Assembly (NCBI GenBank): GCA_963726255.1
Contig: CAVSBL010000002.1
Span: 672,001-736,000, forward strand
DNA from: Candidatus Bathyarchaeota archaeon
GTDB taxonomy: Archaea > Thermoproteota > Bathyarchaeia > 40CM-2-53-6
DNA: 64,000 nt
Direction of reading: 5' to 3'
The notes under the pieces were generated by a model. That model ran no database searches. It was not told where the DNA came from and saw nothing but the letters and a program-made list of their open reading frames with translations. Positions 20,051-29,785 of this stretch are shown one piece after another. The position numbers were made by a program, and so were the translations under genes. Position 1 is the first letter of the stretch; each line of letters opens with the position of its first letter.

Positions 20051-22147
20051 TCATGTCAAGAAGAATAATATCGCCACTACGAGCGCGAACACGCCAAGCG
20101 CGAAGACTGCCACGTACTCTTGCGGAATCCCCGTTTGAATTCTTCTCACTCCTGTTGAAAACTTCCTGCCTGTTGAAGCGATTCCGTTGATCCAGCCGTC
20201 AATGAATGCTAGGTCTATTCTCTGCCCACCCTTCGAGACATCAATCGACGCTGTGGCTACAGCACCACTGATTCTGTCGAAGAAACCAGTCTCAATCGTG
20301 TTCTTCAAGCCCGCTGCTGCAGATAAAGTTCCGTAAACGAAGGTACGGTAGTAGATTGGGTTGATGTACCAGCGATTCCAGAGAAAGTTGTATACCGTGC
20401 GCCCGAATCCACTCTCGCCAACAATTGAGGTCGATTTCAGCCGGCCCGAAATATAGATCAGATAACCAAAGGTCCCTCCTACAGCCAACATTACCAGCGA
20501 ACCAAGAGTTGCGGTCAGCGCCGCGCTTTGTTCTACAGCAGGGTTGAGCTCCGTTGGCGGCGCCATCAATGGAGTGGTTGTTGTCGCTAGGGCGCGGGTA
20601 ATCGCGGATTCTATGAACGGGCCAGCCAAACCTATCGCAACAGTCGCGACTGCTAGAATCACGTACGGGACCCACATGAGTGCCGGGGCTTCATGCATGT
20701 GGTGCCCTTCATCCTCTAGTTTCTTGACGTTCGCGCTCTTCGGCCCTAAGAACACCATCCCGATTACTTTGAGGCTGTAAAGGAAGGTTAGTCCGACAGT
20801 GCCCCACGCAAGAAGCATTAGGGGAAGTTGCCCGGTCATGACGGTTGCAGCTATTATTGCATCTTTGCTCCAGAATCCGCTCAAAGGCGGCACACCTGAA
20901 AGTGCAAGCATGGCTATGAGCATTGAGGCAAATGTGATTTTCATTGCTTGGCGCAGCCCGCCCATATCGCCCATGAATCTCGATTCCACTGCGTGCAAGA
21001 TTGCTCCGGCTGCGAGGAAAGCGGCTGCCTTGAAGAGAGCGTGAGTCATCAGGTGGAAGATTCCTGCGCTTAGGCCCGTGACGAATTCTGAAGCTAGGCC
21101 GCCGGCACCTATGCCGAGCATCATGTAACCGATTTGGGAGACTGTGGAGTATGCGAGAAGTTTCTTCAACTCTTTCGATACCACTGCTTGCGTGGCGGCC
21201 ATGAAACATGTGAAGGCGCCAACCCAGGCAACAGCCTCAAAGAAGAACGTGGGCTGGGCGTACTGCAGGACTGCGTTGTAGAACATTGGGCCTGCTCTGC
21301 CCGCTAGGTACACGCCCGCCGTGACCATTGTGGCCGCGTGAATGAGGGCTGAGACGGAGGTTGGGCCCGCCATCGCATCCGGGAGCCATTCATGCAATGG
21401 AAATTGGGCTGATTTACCAATCGGTCCCCAGAAGAAGAGCAAGGCGACAGGAACGAGTAGACCTAGCTGAGTTAATGGCAAGGCCCATGACACGTTACTT
21501 GACAGCTCGGCGAAATTCAACGTTCCCGAGTAGGCGTAGATCATGAAGATTGCGATGAGTAGGCCTATGTCGCCGATTCTCGTTACGATGAGGGCCTTCA
21601 TTCCGGCGTGGCTTGGCGAATAAGCCATAGGCACGTTCAAGGATTTTTCACCAACGGGTCCAACCCATTTGTCAATTGGGTCCTTGTACCAATGCCCGAT
21701 TAGCGCATATGAACAGAGGCCTACTCCTTCCCAACCGAAGAAGAGCTGAAGGAGGTTATCCGACATAACGAGGAGAAGCATGCTGCCTATGAAGAAGTTC
21801 ATGAAGAACCAGTAGCGGGTTAAGCCTTCATCGCCTTTCATGTAGGCGAGGCTGTAGACCATGATGAGGAAGCTGACCCACGAAACAACGTTCGCCATGA
21901 TTACGCTGAGCGGGTCAACGAGAACTCCGGCCTTGATGTTCAAGCTCATTATCCAATTTACTTGAAGGTCCTGCGCCGTACCTGAGAACACGGTTGGAAT
22001 CAGTAGAGCTGCGGAGATTGCGCCGAGCAAGGAAAACGTGACTGAGCCGTAATCCCTAACCTTAGCGTGCATGCGCGCCAAGGCCGGAGTTAAAACCGCG
22101 CCGGCAAACGGTAGCGCCCAAGTCAACCACGCGAAGATTTCGTTCAT
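20051..22147 (-). CDS. nuoL: NADH-quinone oxidoreductase subunit L with extended lateral helix
   Basis: GWEGVGLCSY, GKSAQFPLHEWLPDAMAGPT, IHAATMV, LAYSTVSQ, HALFKA. Confidence 0.95.
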   Translation of the reverse strand: MNEIFAWLTWALPFAGAVLTPALARMHAKVRDYGSVTFSLLGAISAALLIPTVFSGTAQDLQVNWIMSLNIKAGVLVDPLSVIMANVVSWVSFLIMVYSLAYMKGDEGLTRYWFFMNFFIGSMLLLVMSDNLLQLFFGWEGVGLCSYALIGHWYKDPIDKWVGPVGEKSLNVPMAYSPSHAGMKALIVTRIGDIGLLIAIFMIYAYSGTLNFAELSSNVSWALPLTQLGLLVPVALLFFWGPIGKSAQFPLHEWLPDAMAGPTSVSALIHAATMVTAGVYLAGRAGPMFYNAVLQYAQPTFFFEAVAWVGAFTCFMAATQAVVSKELKKLLAYSTVSQIGYMMLGIGAGGLASEFVTGLSAGIFHLMTHALFKAAAFLAAGAILHAVESRFMGDMGGLRQAMKITFASMLIAMLALSGVPPLSGFWSKDAIIAATVMTGQLPLMLLAWGTVGLTFLYSLKVIGMVFLGPKSANVKKLEDEGHHMHEAPALMWVPYVILAVATVAIGLAGPFIESAITRALATTTTPLMAPPTELNPAVEQSAALTATLGSLVMLAVGGTFGYLIYISGRLKSTSIVGESGFGRTVYNFLWNRWYINPIYYRTFVYGTLSAAAGLKNTIETGFFDRISGAVATASIDVSKGGQRIDLAFIDGWINGIASTGRKFSTGVRRIQTGIPQEYVAVFALGVFALVVAILFFLT

Positions 22148-22150
22148 GCT

Positions 22151-23620
22151 TTAACCCCCTAAAATCGCTTTTACGGCTGGCAAGAGCAACTTCTCGACGA
22201 GGTCCGGGTAAATTCCGAGTATGAGCGAAATTGCGCCCAGAACGAGTAACGGCCCTGTCACTAGCCATGGAGCCTCAGTGACATTGTTCAACTCATCAGG
22301 CAGGCTGCCAAAGAAAATCCGTTTCACCGCCCAAAGCGAGTAGCCTGCCGTTAGCGCGGTCGACACGACACCCAAGAAGGATAGTGCGATTCGTAGCATT
22401 GAGTTTGCTGCAAATGCTGCGTTGAAGCTCCCCGCGAAGATCAGGAATTCTGAGATGAAGCCCGTTGTTGGCGGTATGCCCATTATGGTTAGAAAACCGA
22501 GTATTGCGGCTGTGGCCGTGATCGGCATCTTGGACGCCAAGCCGCCCATTTTGCTTATACTTCGTAGTCCGTGGGCCTGCATGATAATCGTTCCTGCCAC
22601 CATGAAGAGAATCCCTTTCCCAAGCCCATGCGTCACGTACTGAAACATGCTGCCAGATACTCCGAGAACTTGAAATGATGAGATTCCGAGCAAAATGTAA
22701 CCCATCTGGCTTACACTCGAATAGGCTAGTAGTCGCTTAATGTCATCTTGGACTAGCGCCATCGCTCCGCCGTAGAACATGGTGACTATGGCCCATATCG
22801 AGAGCAATGTGGAAATTTCGAGAAACGCCGTGGGTAAAATTGTGATCACGAGTCGGACAATTGCATAACCGCCTATCCCAATCATTGCTGGCGAAAGAAG
22901 CGCGCTGATAGGGGTTGGGGCTTCTGCGTGCGCGTGGGGCAGCCAGATGTGCAGCCCGAACGCGGCCATTTTGACCAACAGTCCAACAACCATCAAAACG
23001 ACAATGAAGAGTCGAAGGTTCGCTGGGATTGTGGAAGAAACGATCGTGGCTAGGTCGAAGGTTCCGGTGAGGTATCCGATTGAGAGGATACCGGCGAGAA
23101 ACGATAGTGCCCCTATGTGGGTCCACATGAAGTACATGAATGATATTCGGTCCCTGTCACCGTACCCCCACTTTGCAATCAGAAAGTAAGATGGGATGAG
23201 CATTAGTTCGAAGAACAGGTAGAATTCGATGAGGTTCGTCGCTAGCACCGCTCCCATCATTCCAACCGAATAGAGCGTGAACAGCGCGTAGTACAGGCCG
23301 AACTGTCTCTTTTCGTCGCCAATGACGTGCTTCATGTATGGGATTGAGTAGATGGACATCAACGTGCATAGCAGTGCGATCGTGAAAAGAATCGGAATGC
23401 TCAAACCGTCCGCTTTTAGCCCGAAGAGACCGATCGGGCTCCAGTCATAGAATTCCTGAACCCCACCCTGCCAGCCCGCGAGCAGCGTCAAGAAAGTTGA
23501 GTAGCCGAGCGCGGCAAAGGAAAACCAACCCGCTTTAGCTCCCCACCTAACGCCCGCTGCATATACGACGAAAACGAACACAAGAGGGACTAGAAGAATT
23601 TGGAGAACCTGCATGTACAA
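22151..23620 (-). CDS. nuoM: NADH-quinone oxidoreductase subunit M (first copy)
   Basis: FFELMLIP, HIWLPHAHAEAPTP, KRLLAYSSVSQMGY. Confidence 0.9.
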   Translation of the reverse strand: MYMQVLQILLVPLVFVFVVYAAGVRWGAKAGWFSFAALGYSTFLTLLAGWQGGVQEFYDWSPIGLFGLKADGLSIPILFTIALLCTLMSIYSIPYMKHVIGDEKRQFGLYYALFTLYSVGMMGAVLATNLIEFYLFFELMLIPSYFLIAKWGYGDRDRISFMYFMWTHIGALSFLAGILSIGYLTGTFDLATIVSSTIPANLRLFIVVLMVVGLLVKMAAFGLHIWLPHAHAEAPTPISALLSPAMIGIGGYAIVRLVITILPTAFLEISTLLSIWAIVTMFYGGAMALVQDDIKRLLAYSSVSQMGYILLGISSFQVLGVSGSMFQYVTHGLGKGILFMVAGTIIMQAHGLRSISKMGGLASKMPITATAAILGFLTIMGIPPTTGFISEFLIFAGSFNAAFAANSMLRIALSFLGVVSTALTAGYSLWAVKRIFFGSLPDELNNVTEAPWLVTGPLLVLGAISLILGIYPDLVEKLLLPAVKAILGG

Positions 23621-23626
23621 TTAGCT

Positions 23627-23935
23627 TCATCCCTTGAGCTTGTTCAGCTTCCTAACGTCTATACTTGAGTTCAACCTGAAGGCGACTAGGATGAGGGCTA
23701 AACCGACCGCCGCTTCCATTGCAGCTGCTGCGATAGAATAGAATACAATGACCTGCCCTGAAACCTGCGGTGGGTTCATGTACCTAGTGAAAGCAACGAA
23801 GTTCAGGTTAGCCGCGTTCACGATAATTTCAATAGCGAACAAGAGTCGCATCGCGTTCTTCTTCACGCTAAGCCCATAGACGCCGATTCCGAGGAGCGCT
23901 GCTGAAACTATTAGGTAACTGGTTAGAGCAACCAT
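23627..23935 (-). CDS. nuoK: NADH-quinone oxidoreductase subunit K
   Basis: Three TMs, EIIVNAAN, AMEAAVGLA. Confidence 0.93.
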   Translation of the reverse strand: MVALTSYLIVSAALLGIGVYGLSVKKNAMRLLFAIEIIVNAANLNFVAFTRYMNPPQVSGQVIVFYSIAAAAMEAAVGLALILVAFRLNSSIDVRKLNKLKG

Positions 23936-23941
23936 CTAGAG

Positions 23942-24454
23942 TCACTTCTCCAATTTCGCCAATACCAACGCGCCAAGAAGTGCCGCAGACATCAACAATG
24001 CAAGTATTACGAGTGGAACAGGATAGGCGGTCGCGAGCACAGGCCCCAATTGCGATATTGGCAAAAATGCGGTAGGCGGCGCTGCGGGGAGATTTGGGCC
24101 GGCTAGGGCAGCGACCCCGGCTATCGATACTGCCAGTAGGCCTGCGATCCACAATCCCATCGAGCCTTCGCCACCTTCTTCACGCTCTTCTGTCTCTCCC
24201 ACAACTTCACGCCGGACCAGCATTATCGTAAAGAGAATCAGGACCACGACGGCGCCGACGTATACTGCAATCTGAAGCATTGCAAGGTAAGGTGCATCCA
24301 GAAAAACGAAAAACCCGGCAATGCCTATGAAACTGATCGCGAGAGAAATAGCCCCGTAGATGAGCTCCTTTGCTTGCAAAGCCATGATTGCGGCGAGGAT
24401 AGTCACGGTGGTTAGAATTATGAAAGGGATGTCAGGGGGGATAGCTATGTCCAC
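23942..24454 (-). CDS. nuoJ: NADH-quinone oxidoreductase subunit J
   Basis: QIAVYVGAVVVLILF motif; probable GTG start at 24454. Confidence 0.9.
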   Translation of the reverse strand: MDIAIPPDIPFIILTTVTILAAIMALQAKELIYGAISLAISFIGIAGFFVFLDAPYLAMLQIAVYVGAVVVLILFTIMLVRREVVGETEEREEGGEGSMGLWIAGLLAVSIAGVAALAGPNLPAAPPTAFLPISQLGPVLATAYPVPLVILALLMSAALLGALVLAKLEK

Positions 24455-24458
24455 GGAT

Positions 24459-25487
24459 TCAAAGCCCCCACGCTGATAGCACGCCCGTGTTAAGCAGGAG
24501 GACTGTGAGGAAAACATTGGCGAGGGCGATTATGAGCAACCGAGTCCAGCCCACTTTGATGAGCATGTCAACCCTGATCCTTGGGTAAACTCCCCGAGGT
24601 ATGATGATGAAGGTGGCAACGATTAGGGTCTTTATTATGAACCAGACTGGTTGGGGAAGAAACGCTGGACCCCACCAACCACCAAGAAAGAGCACCGTCA
24701 CAAGTGAGGACATTAGGTACAGTTTCATGTAAAGCGCCAAGAATAATACCATAAAGATCGCTCCACTGGATTCGGTATACCACCCAGCAACGAGTTCAGG
24801 TTCAGCTTCCGGTAGGTCGAATGGTAGCCTCTCAAGTTCAGCCATGATGGATATGAAGAATACGATGAAGGACAGAATCGCCGGGACGATGAACCAAATC
24901 TTCTGCTGGGCGTTCACAATGTCAACTAGATTGAGGGAACCGGCGAGCAAGACGATGCTAAGCGCTGAAATCCACATTGGAATCTCATACGCGACCTGCT
25001 GAAACAGGGACCGCAGCCCTCCCAGGAACGGGTACTTGCTGTTGCTCGCCCAAGCAAAGATCAGGATCATGCTAGGGAAGAGAGAGGTCATAGCAAACAC
25101 GAAGACTAGTCCAACATCCAGATTCGCAATCACCCAATGTTGACCAAACGGAATCACTGCAAACGGCAGCGCAGCGAAGAATACTAGCGCAAGGGGAATC
25201 CAGATGAAGAGTGGTTTGTTCGCCTTGTACGGAATCATGACCTCTTTGAAGATTAGTTTAACTCCGTCAGCAATCGGTTGCAATATTCCCCCTGGGCCGC
25301 CAGCGTACAGTGGACCTATCCTGAGTTGAATTCTGGCTAGAATTTTTCTCTCGTACCAAGTCAAGAACATGACGACTAGCATCAAATGTATGAATCCTGG
25401 GAAGAAGACGATTGTGATGAAAGTGTGAGAAGTGACAACGGCGATGATGAAGGGAAGTAAGTCTGCCGGTGTTGTCGGGAGGTTCAC
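24459..25487 (-). CDS. nuoH: NADH-quinone oxidoreductase subunit H
   Basis: ERKILARIQLRIGP, ADGVKLIFKE, ERLPFDLPEAEPEL. Confidence 0.95.
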   Translation of the reverse strand: MNLPTTPADLLPFIIAVVTSHTFITIVFFPGFIHLMLVVMFLTWYERKILARIQLRIGPLYAGGPGGILQPIADGVKLIFKEVMIPYKANKPLFIWIPLALVFFAALPFAVIPFGQHWVIANLDVGLVFVFAMTSLFPSMILIFAWASNSKYPFLGGLRSLFQQVAYEIPMWISALSIVLLAGSLNLVDIVNAQQKIWFIVPAILSFIVFFISIMAELERLPFDLPEAEPELVAGWYTESSGAIFMVLFLALYMKLYLMSSLVTVLFLGGWWGPAFLPQPVWFIIKTLIVATFIIIPRGVYPRIRVDMLIKVGWTRLLIIALANVFLTVLLLNTGVLSAWGL

Positions 25488-25491
25488 TAAT

Positions 25492-25857
25492 CTACCAAAT
25501 CTCCTTGCGCAACGCTAGCTGCAACGCGTAGCCCAAAGGCGCTGCGAGCAGAAATAGAAACAGCAACACCAAGAACGAATCGTTTAGGGGAATCATCCTG
25601 TAGCTTATCCCCCAGGCAAACAGAAACATTCCGACGACATCAAAGACAACGAACATGAGGAGGTATGGGTAGTATTGCATGACTATTCTAGTTCTCGCCT
25701 CCCCTTGTGGGACTTGGCCCGATTCGAATGGCATGTCACGAAAAGGGTCAGGTTTTCGCCGGGACCAAAACATTGGCAGAGTCAGCAATGGGCCTGTAAG
25801 GAGGACGATGAGGATGGCCCAGATGATTATTGCCAGCCAGGGGTTTAACGCCATCAT
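25492..25857 (-). CDS. nuoA: NADH-quinone oxidoreductase subunit A
   Basis: PFESG...YYPYLLMFVVFDV; probable ATG at 25857. Confidence 0.9.
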   Translation of the reverse strand: MMALNPWLAIIIWAILIVLLTGPLLTLPMFWSRRKPDPFRDMPFESGQVPQGEARTRIVMQYYPYLLMFVVFDVVGMFLFAWGISYRMIPLNDSFLVLLFLFLLAAPLGYALQLALRKEIW

Positions 25858-26062
25858 GAGTCCCTGCGAGACTTGACCGGGTTGCCGTCTGACTGAAATC
25901 AACCGCATATAAATCATGCGAATACTTCAAACCGCGTCGCGGTCGGTAACGTCACAATCTCCTGAGGTATTTTCTTAAGGAACGAGAAATATTAGCTGGC
26001 GTTTCGAATCATCACCTAATCTGGAAGCGTCTAGGTCACAAGAAATCGAGTTGTGAAGAAGA

Positions 26063-26215
26063 ATGGCTTGGCATTCCGCGGGAACTACTCACTTCTGGTG
26101 TGCCAAATGCAAGAAACAGGTCCCTGCACAATCTGAGTTAGTCTTCAAGGAGGGAAAGGTGTTGTGGAAATGGAAATGTAACTCGTGTGGGACCGACTAC
26201 ATGACAGACGCTTAG
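26063..26215 (+). CDS. 50-aa zinc-ribbon microprotein, not in ORF track
   Basis: MAWHSAGTTHFWCAKCKKQVPAQSELVFKEGKVLWKWKCNSCGTDYMTDA*, with two CxxC knuckles. Confidence 0.7.
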   Translation: MAWHSAGTTHFWCAKCKKQVPAQSELVFKEGKVLWKWKCNSCGTDYMTDA

Positions 26216-26219
26216 ATGG

Positions 26220-27140
26220 CTAGAAGGACCTCTCAAGCGAATAATCCGCGAAATCTTCCAGTAGCTTGCTTTTGCTTTGATCGCGAAGTCCCTTCAATTC
26301 TTCTTTTGCCTTAGCGACGTGTTCACGTGATTTCTTTAGCGCAAACTGCATAGCTTTCTCGTATAGCGCTGCAATTGCGACTTGGTCTGACTTCTCTTTT
26401 TCATCTAGAAGGTTGCTCACTCGCTCTCTCTTCGTCGCTTCGTCCAGATAATGCATGACGACCAAGTTTACGCGTTCTTGCCGTTCCGGATCGCCCGACT
26501 GGTCGAGAATATCGTCTTTGATTTGGAACGCTATGCCCACAGCTCTTCCATAATTATACAGGCAGTTGACCTCATCTGCGTTTGCACCACCGAGCACTCC
26601 GCCAATCCCAGCGGCAGCACTGAATAGTGAACCAGTCTTGAGGTCCGCGATGTTTAGGTAATGGTCGATGTCAATTGCCAGCTCTGTTAGAGTGTCCAGG
26701 ATTTCTCCCTTGCTCAGGTCGACAAGTCCCCAACCGGCAAGTCGTGTTATTCGTGGTTCCTTGTACTCGGAAAGAATTTGAACGCCTTTGGAGGCTAGGA
26801 AGAGCCCGGCGCTAATCGCCTTATCATCAGCGAAGGCGTGTTGGGTTGTCGGGAGGCTTCGCCGTAACCTGTGTTTGTCGATTAAGTCATCGAAAATCAG
26901 TGATGCCGCATGGAGAAATTCCATTGATACAGCGGCGTCGAGAGCATGCTCCGGCTTTCCGCCAACACTATCAGAGGCCAATAAGACTAGAATTGGCCGA
27001 AGCCGCTTGCCGCCCGTTCTAAAAGTGTACTTCACGAGCTCGTTTGCTTCGCTCTGCTCGAAACCAGTTGAAAGTAACTCGTCGAGTCGTTTGTTTACGA
27101 CGGCCCGCTTTTCATCGAGCAGTTTTTGGAAGTCGTTCAT
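26220..27140 (-). CDS. Polyprenyl (GGPP-type) diphosphate synthase
   Basis: GGKRLRP, FDDLID..LRR, KTG, FQIKDDILD. Confidence 0.92.
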   Translation of the reverse strand: MNDFQKLLDEKRAVVNKRLDELLSTGFEQSEANELVKYTFRTGGKRLRPILVLLASDSVGGKPEHALDAAVSMEFLHAASLIFDDLIDKHRLRRSLPTTQHAFADDKAISAGLFLASKGVQILSEYKEPRITRLAGWGLVDLSKGEILDTLTELAIDIDHYLNIADLKTGSLFSAAAGIGGVLGGANADEVNCLYNYGRAVGIAFQIKDDILDQSGDPERQERVNLVVMHYLDEATKRERVSNLLDEKEKSDQVAIAALYEKAMQFALKKSREHVAKAKEELKGLRDQSKSKLLEDFADYSLERSF

Positions 27141-27227
27141 CCGGCTCCACGAGTCTGTTTTTGCGCGAATGAATGCGGTAACCGTTATAAATGCTAGCTA
27201 GGGACGGACGCCCTTCGCATTCGGCCT

Positions 27228-27917
27228 TTAAGCGTACTTCTGAATGGCTTCACAGAAATCACGCAATACCCTTTCCGGAGCAGGTGCCTTGACTATGCCG
27301 CTAGCGACTAGAACCCCCTGTGTCCCAAGCTTCAGCGCCGCGTAAACGTCTTCCCCGGTCGTTATTCCAGCACCACACAGGATCTTGACCTGACTATTGA
27401 CGGCGCGAATTCTTCTTACTGATTCGGTGAGGATCTCCGGTTTTTCCTTTGAAACTGCGCGTCCCGAACCGATCAGCTCAGGGGGCTCGATCGCTACCAT
27501 ATCCGGCTCGGAGAGAGCGACTGCAGCACCCAGCCTAGCCGTGCCTGCACAAACGACAGTCGTCAATCCGATGTCTCGAGCATGCTCTACCGATTTCTCG
27601 ATGTCCGGAAGTTTCAGATTCCTTTCAGAATGATTGATAATGGTCCCCGAGGCTCCTGCTGCACTCACAGACTCGGCTAGTACATGGCCTGTAAAGGCGC
27701 CGGGAGTTATTGCGTCTATGTGCTGGGCGAAGACGGGAATCCGTACGTTGGCCGCGACCCGTTCGATGTCACAAAACTGTGGGGCTACTCCCACATTTAC
27801 GCCCGTTTCCGCTCCGACTTTTTCCAATTTGAGAGCTAGTTCAACTGCCTTCTTCCCGGTGGCTTCGAGATACGTCTTGAAGTTGACGAGAAGAAATGGT
27901 TCAATTTCAGTTGCCAT
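27228..27917 (-). CDS. tpiA: Triosephosphate isomerase (archaeal type)
   Basis: VNFKTY, NHSER, EPPELIGSG, GVLVASG. Confidence 0.96.
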   Translation of the reverse strand: MATEIEPFLLVNFKTYLEATGKKAVELALKLEKVGAETGVNVGVAPQFCDIERVAANVRIPVFAQHIDAITPGAFTGHVLAESVSAAGASGTIINHSERNLKLPDIEKSVEHARDIGLTTVVCAGTARLGAAVALSEPDMVAIEPPELIGSGRAVSKEKPEILTESVRRIRAVNSQVKILCGAGITTGEDVYAALKLGTQGVLVASGIVKAPAPERVLRDFCEAIQKYA

Positions 27918-27950
27918 GTCAGATCTCTCGTCTAATTGTGATGCGGATTT

Positions 27951-28856
27951 CTACATCTTCATTGTTTCTTCGAGTTCGCTGATTAGATCGACGTCGCCCA
28001 CGTATGTTGGGACACGCTCGTCGATGCGCGTTGGTTCAACGTCAAGGATAGATGCTCTTCCAGTGCTTCCTCTTCCGCCGGCCCTTTCAGTTATGAACGC
28101 GATTGGGTTCGATTCAAACTGCAGCCTAAGCTTCCCATTAGGTGCGTCAACGAGTTCAGGGTAACCAAAAACCCCTCCGTAGTAGAGCACCTGATTGAAA
28201 TCGCCAACGAACGACCCACCGTAACGGAGTTTCAGTCCTCTCCTTTCGAGCGATTGGACGAAGCCCTGAACCTTGGGAGTCCACTTTTGCTTCAGTCCCC
28301 CGAATCCGTACACGGACCCCTTTTCCGGAAGCATGTGGGGTTTCCCGTTGCACAAGTATCGCTTCGATCCGGCTGCTCGACCGGAAGGCACGAAGATGTA
28401 GACTCCGTCTTTGAGTGCGACCACAGCTTCGGTATATGGTCCATACAGGAAGTACAGCGCCGCAATTTGGCACCTACCTTTCGCTGGAAGACTCGTCTCG
28501 CGGTAAATGCCTACTATTGTTCCCATCAGATTGTTGCTTGTAATGTTTGAGGAACCGTCCAGCGGATCCAGCGTTACAGAGTACTCGCCTTCTTTCAGGC
28601 CAAGTGGCTGGGCGATTTCCTCCGATGCGACTTGCCGCACAAGGCCACTTTTTACTAGTTTCTTCGTGAGTAAGTCGTTAGCCCATACGTCAATTTCTGC
28701 TTGCTTCTCGCCGTACACATTGTATTGATCGGTCCCGCCTAAGCTCTTTGGAATTTCTGTTGCTATGCGGAGGCTAATTTCAGCGAGGAGGAGGATGAGT
28801 TTGCGAAGACTCCGGTCCTCGTTCCGCAACACCTCGACCATGCTAGTTTGGGACAT
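27951..28856 (-). CDS. fbp: Class 1 fructose-1,6-bisphosphatase
   Basis: ASEE, DPLDGSSN, RYGGSFVGD, KLRLQFESNP. Confidence 0.93.
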   Translation of the reverse strand: MSQTSMVEVLRNEDRSLRKLILLLAEISLRIATEIPKSLGGTDQYNVYGEKQAEIDVWANDLLTKKLVKSGLVRQVASEEIAQPLGLKEGEYSVTLDPLDGSSNITSNNLMGTIVGIYRETSLPAKGRCQIAALYFLYGPYTEAVVALKDGVYIFVPSGRAAGSKRYLCNGKPHMLPEKGSVYGFGGLKQKWTPKVQGFVQSLERRGLKLRYGGSFVGDFNQVLYYGGVFGYPELVDAPNGKLRLQFESNPIAFITERAGGRGSTGRASILDVEPTRIDERVPTYVGDVDLISELEETMKM

Positions 28857-28863
28857 TAGCTAG

Positions 28864-29649
28864 CTACCGGGCAAATTTCCCAAGTGCAGTCTCTACGCTT
28901 TGGCCGTTTAGTATAATTTCTCTGAGGGCTGCGGCCATCTCTAGAGGTCGCTCGTGTTGCCAGACGTTCCTCCCTACCGCAAGACCGGTAGCGCCCGCAT
29001 CCATTACGCCCTTTACTTGTGTCAAGAATGCTTCGTCCGTCGGTGCTTTTGGCCCGCCGGACATGAAGACCTTCACAGTACCAGCAGACCTCACCGCCCA
29101 TCTGAAGGTGTTGGAATCGCCCGTGTACTTGATTTTCACTGCGTCTGCTCCGACTTCGAGGCCGGCTCTCGCCGCGTATGCGATTATTTCGGGCGCTGTA
29201 TCGTTGGTTATGGTTTCGCCCCGCGGATAGATCCAAGCTATTGCTGCGAGGCCAAGTTCGTGTGCTTCTTGTTGAATTCTGCCAAATTCGCTCAGCATAA
29301 GATTCTCGTGTGTGCTACCTAGATAGATCGTGTATCCTACGGCCCTGGCGCCGAGGGCTTTTGCCTGTTTCACGCTGCAAATTTGACTTGCGATCGGCTC
29401 TCCCTTTGGCAAACTGGTCTTACCGTTGACTTTTACGATGAGAGGAACGGTGCCTTTGTAGTATTTTTCAGCAACCCCTTTCTGGAAGATTACGCCTGTG
29501 AATTTGCCCTTCCTGGCGATCTCGAGAATGTAATCCGGGTCTACGCTCTTTTCGTTGAAATCCTTGGACGGTCCGTGCTCTAACCCCTGATCGTAGGCGA
29601 GTAGGATCCCTTTACCCCTTCGTAAGAACGGTGCCATCGTGGGCTTCAT
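28864..29649 (-). CDS. Class I (DhnA-type) fructose-bisphosphate aldolase
   Basis: LAYDQGLEHGP, GADAVKIKY, SGGPK, AVGRNVWQ. Confidence 0.92.
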   Translation of the reverse strand: MKPTMAPFLRRGKGILLAYDQGLEHGPSKDFNEKSVDPDYILEIARKGKFTGVIFQKGVAEKYYKGTVPLIVKVNGKTSLPKGEPIASQICSVKQAKALGARAVGYTIYLGSTHENLMLSEFGRIQQEAHELGLAAIAWIYPRGETITNDTAPEIIAYAARAGLEVGADAVKIKYTGDSNTFRWAVRSAGTVKVFMSGGPKAPTDEAFLTQVKGVMDAGATGLAVGRNVWQHERPLEMAAALREIILNGQSVETALGKFAR

Positions 29650-29785
29650 TAAGAACCACGGGATTGAATCCTTGGCTATTGAATAAAAAGGTCCCTTTAG
29701 GTTTCCTATAGCAGAGTTTTCGATTCGTCAACGCATTATTCTGACCAAATGGTGAGGATTTCATGCCGAAAACAAGTGCTCGGCA

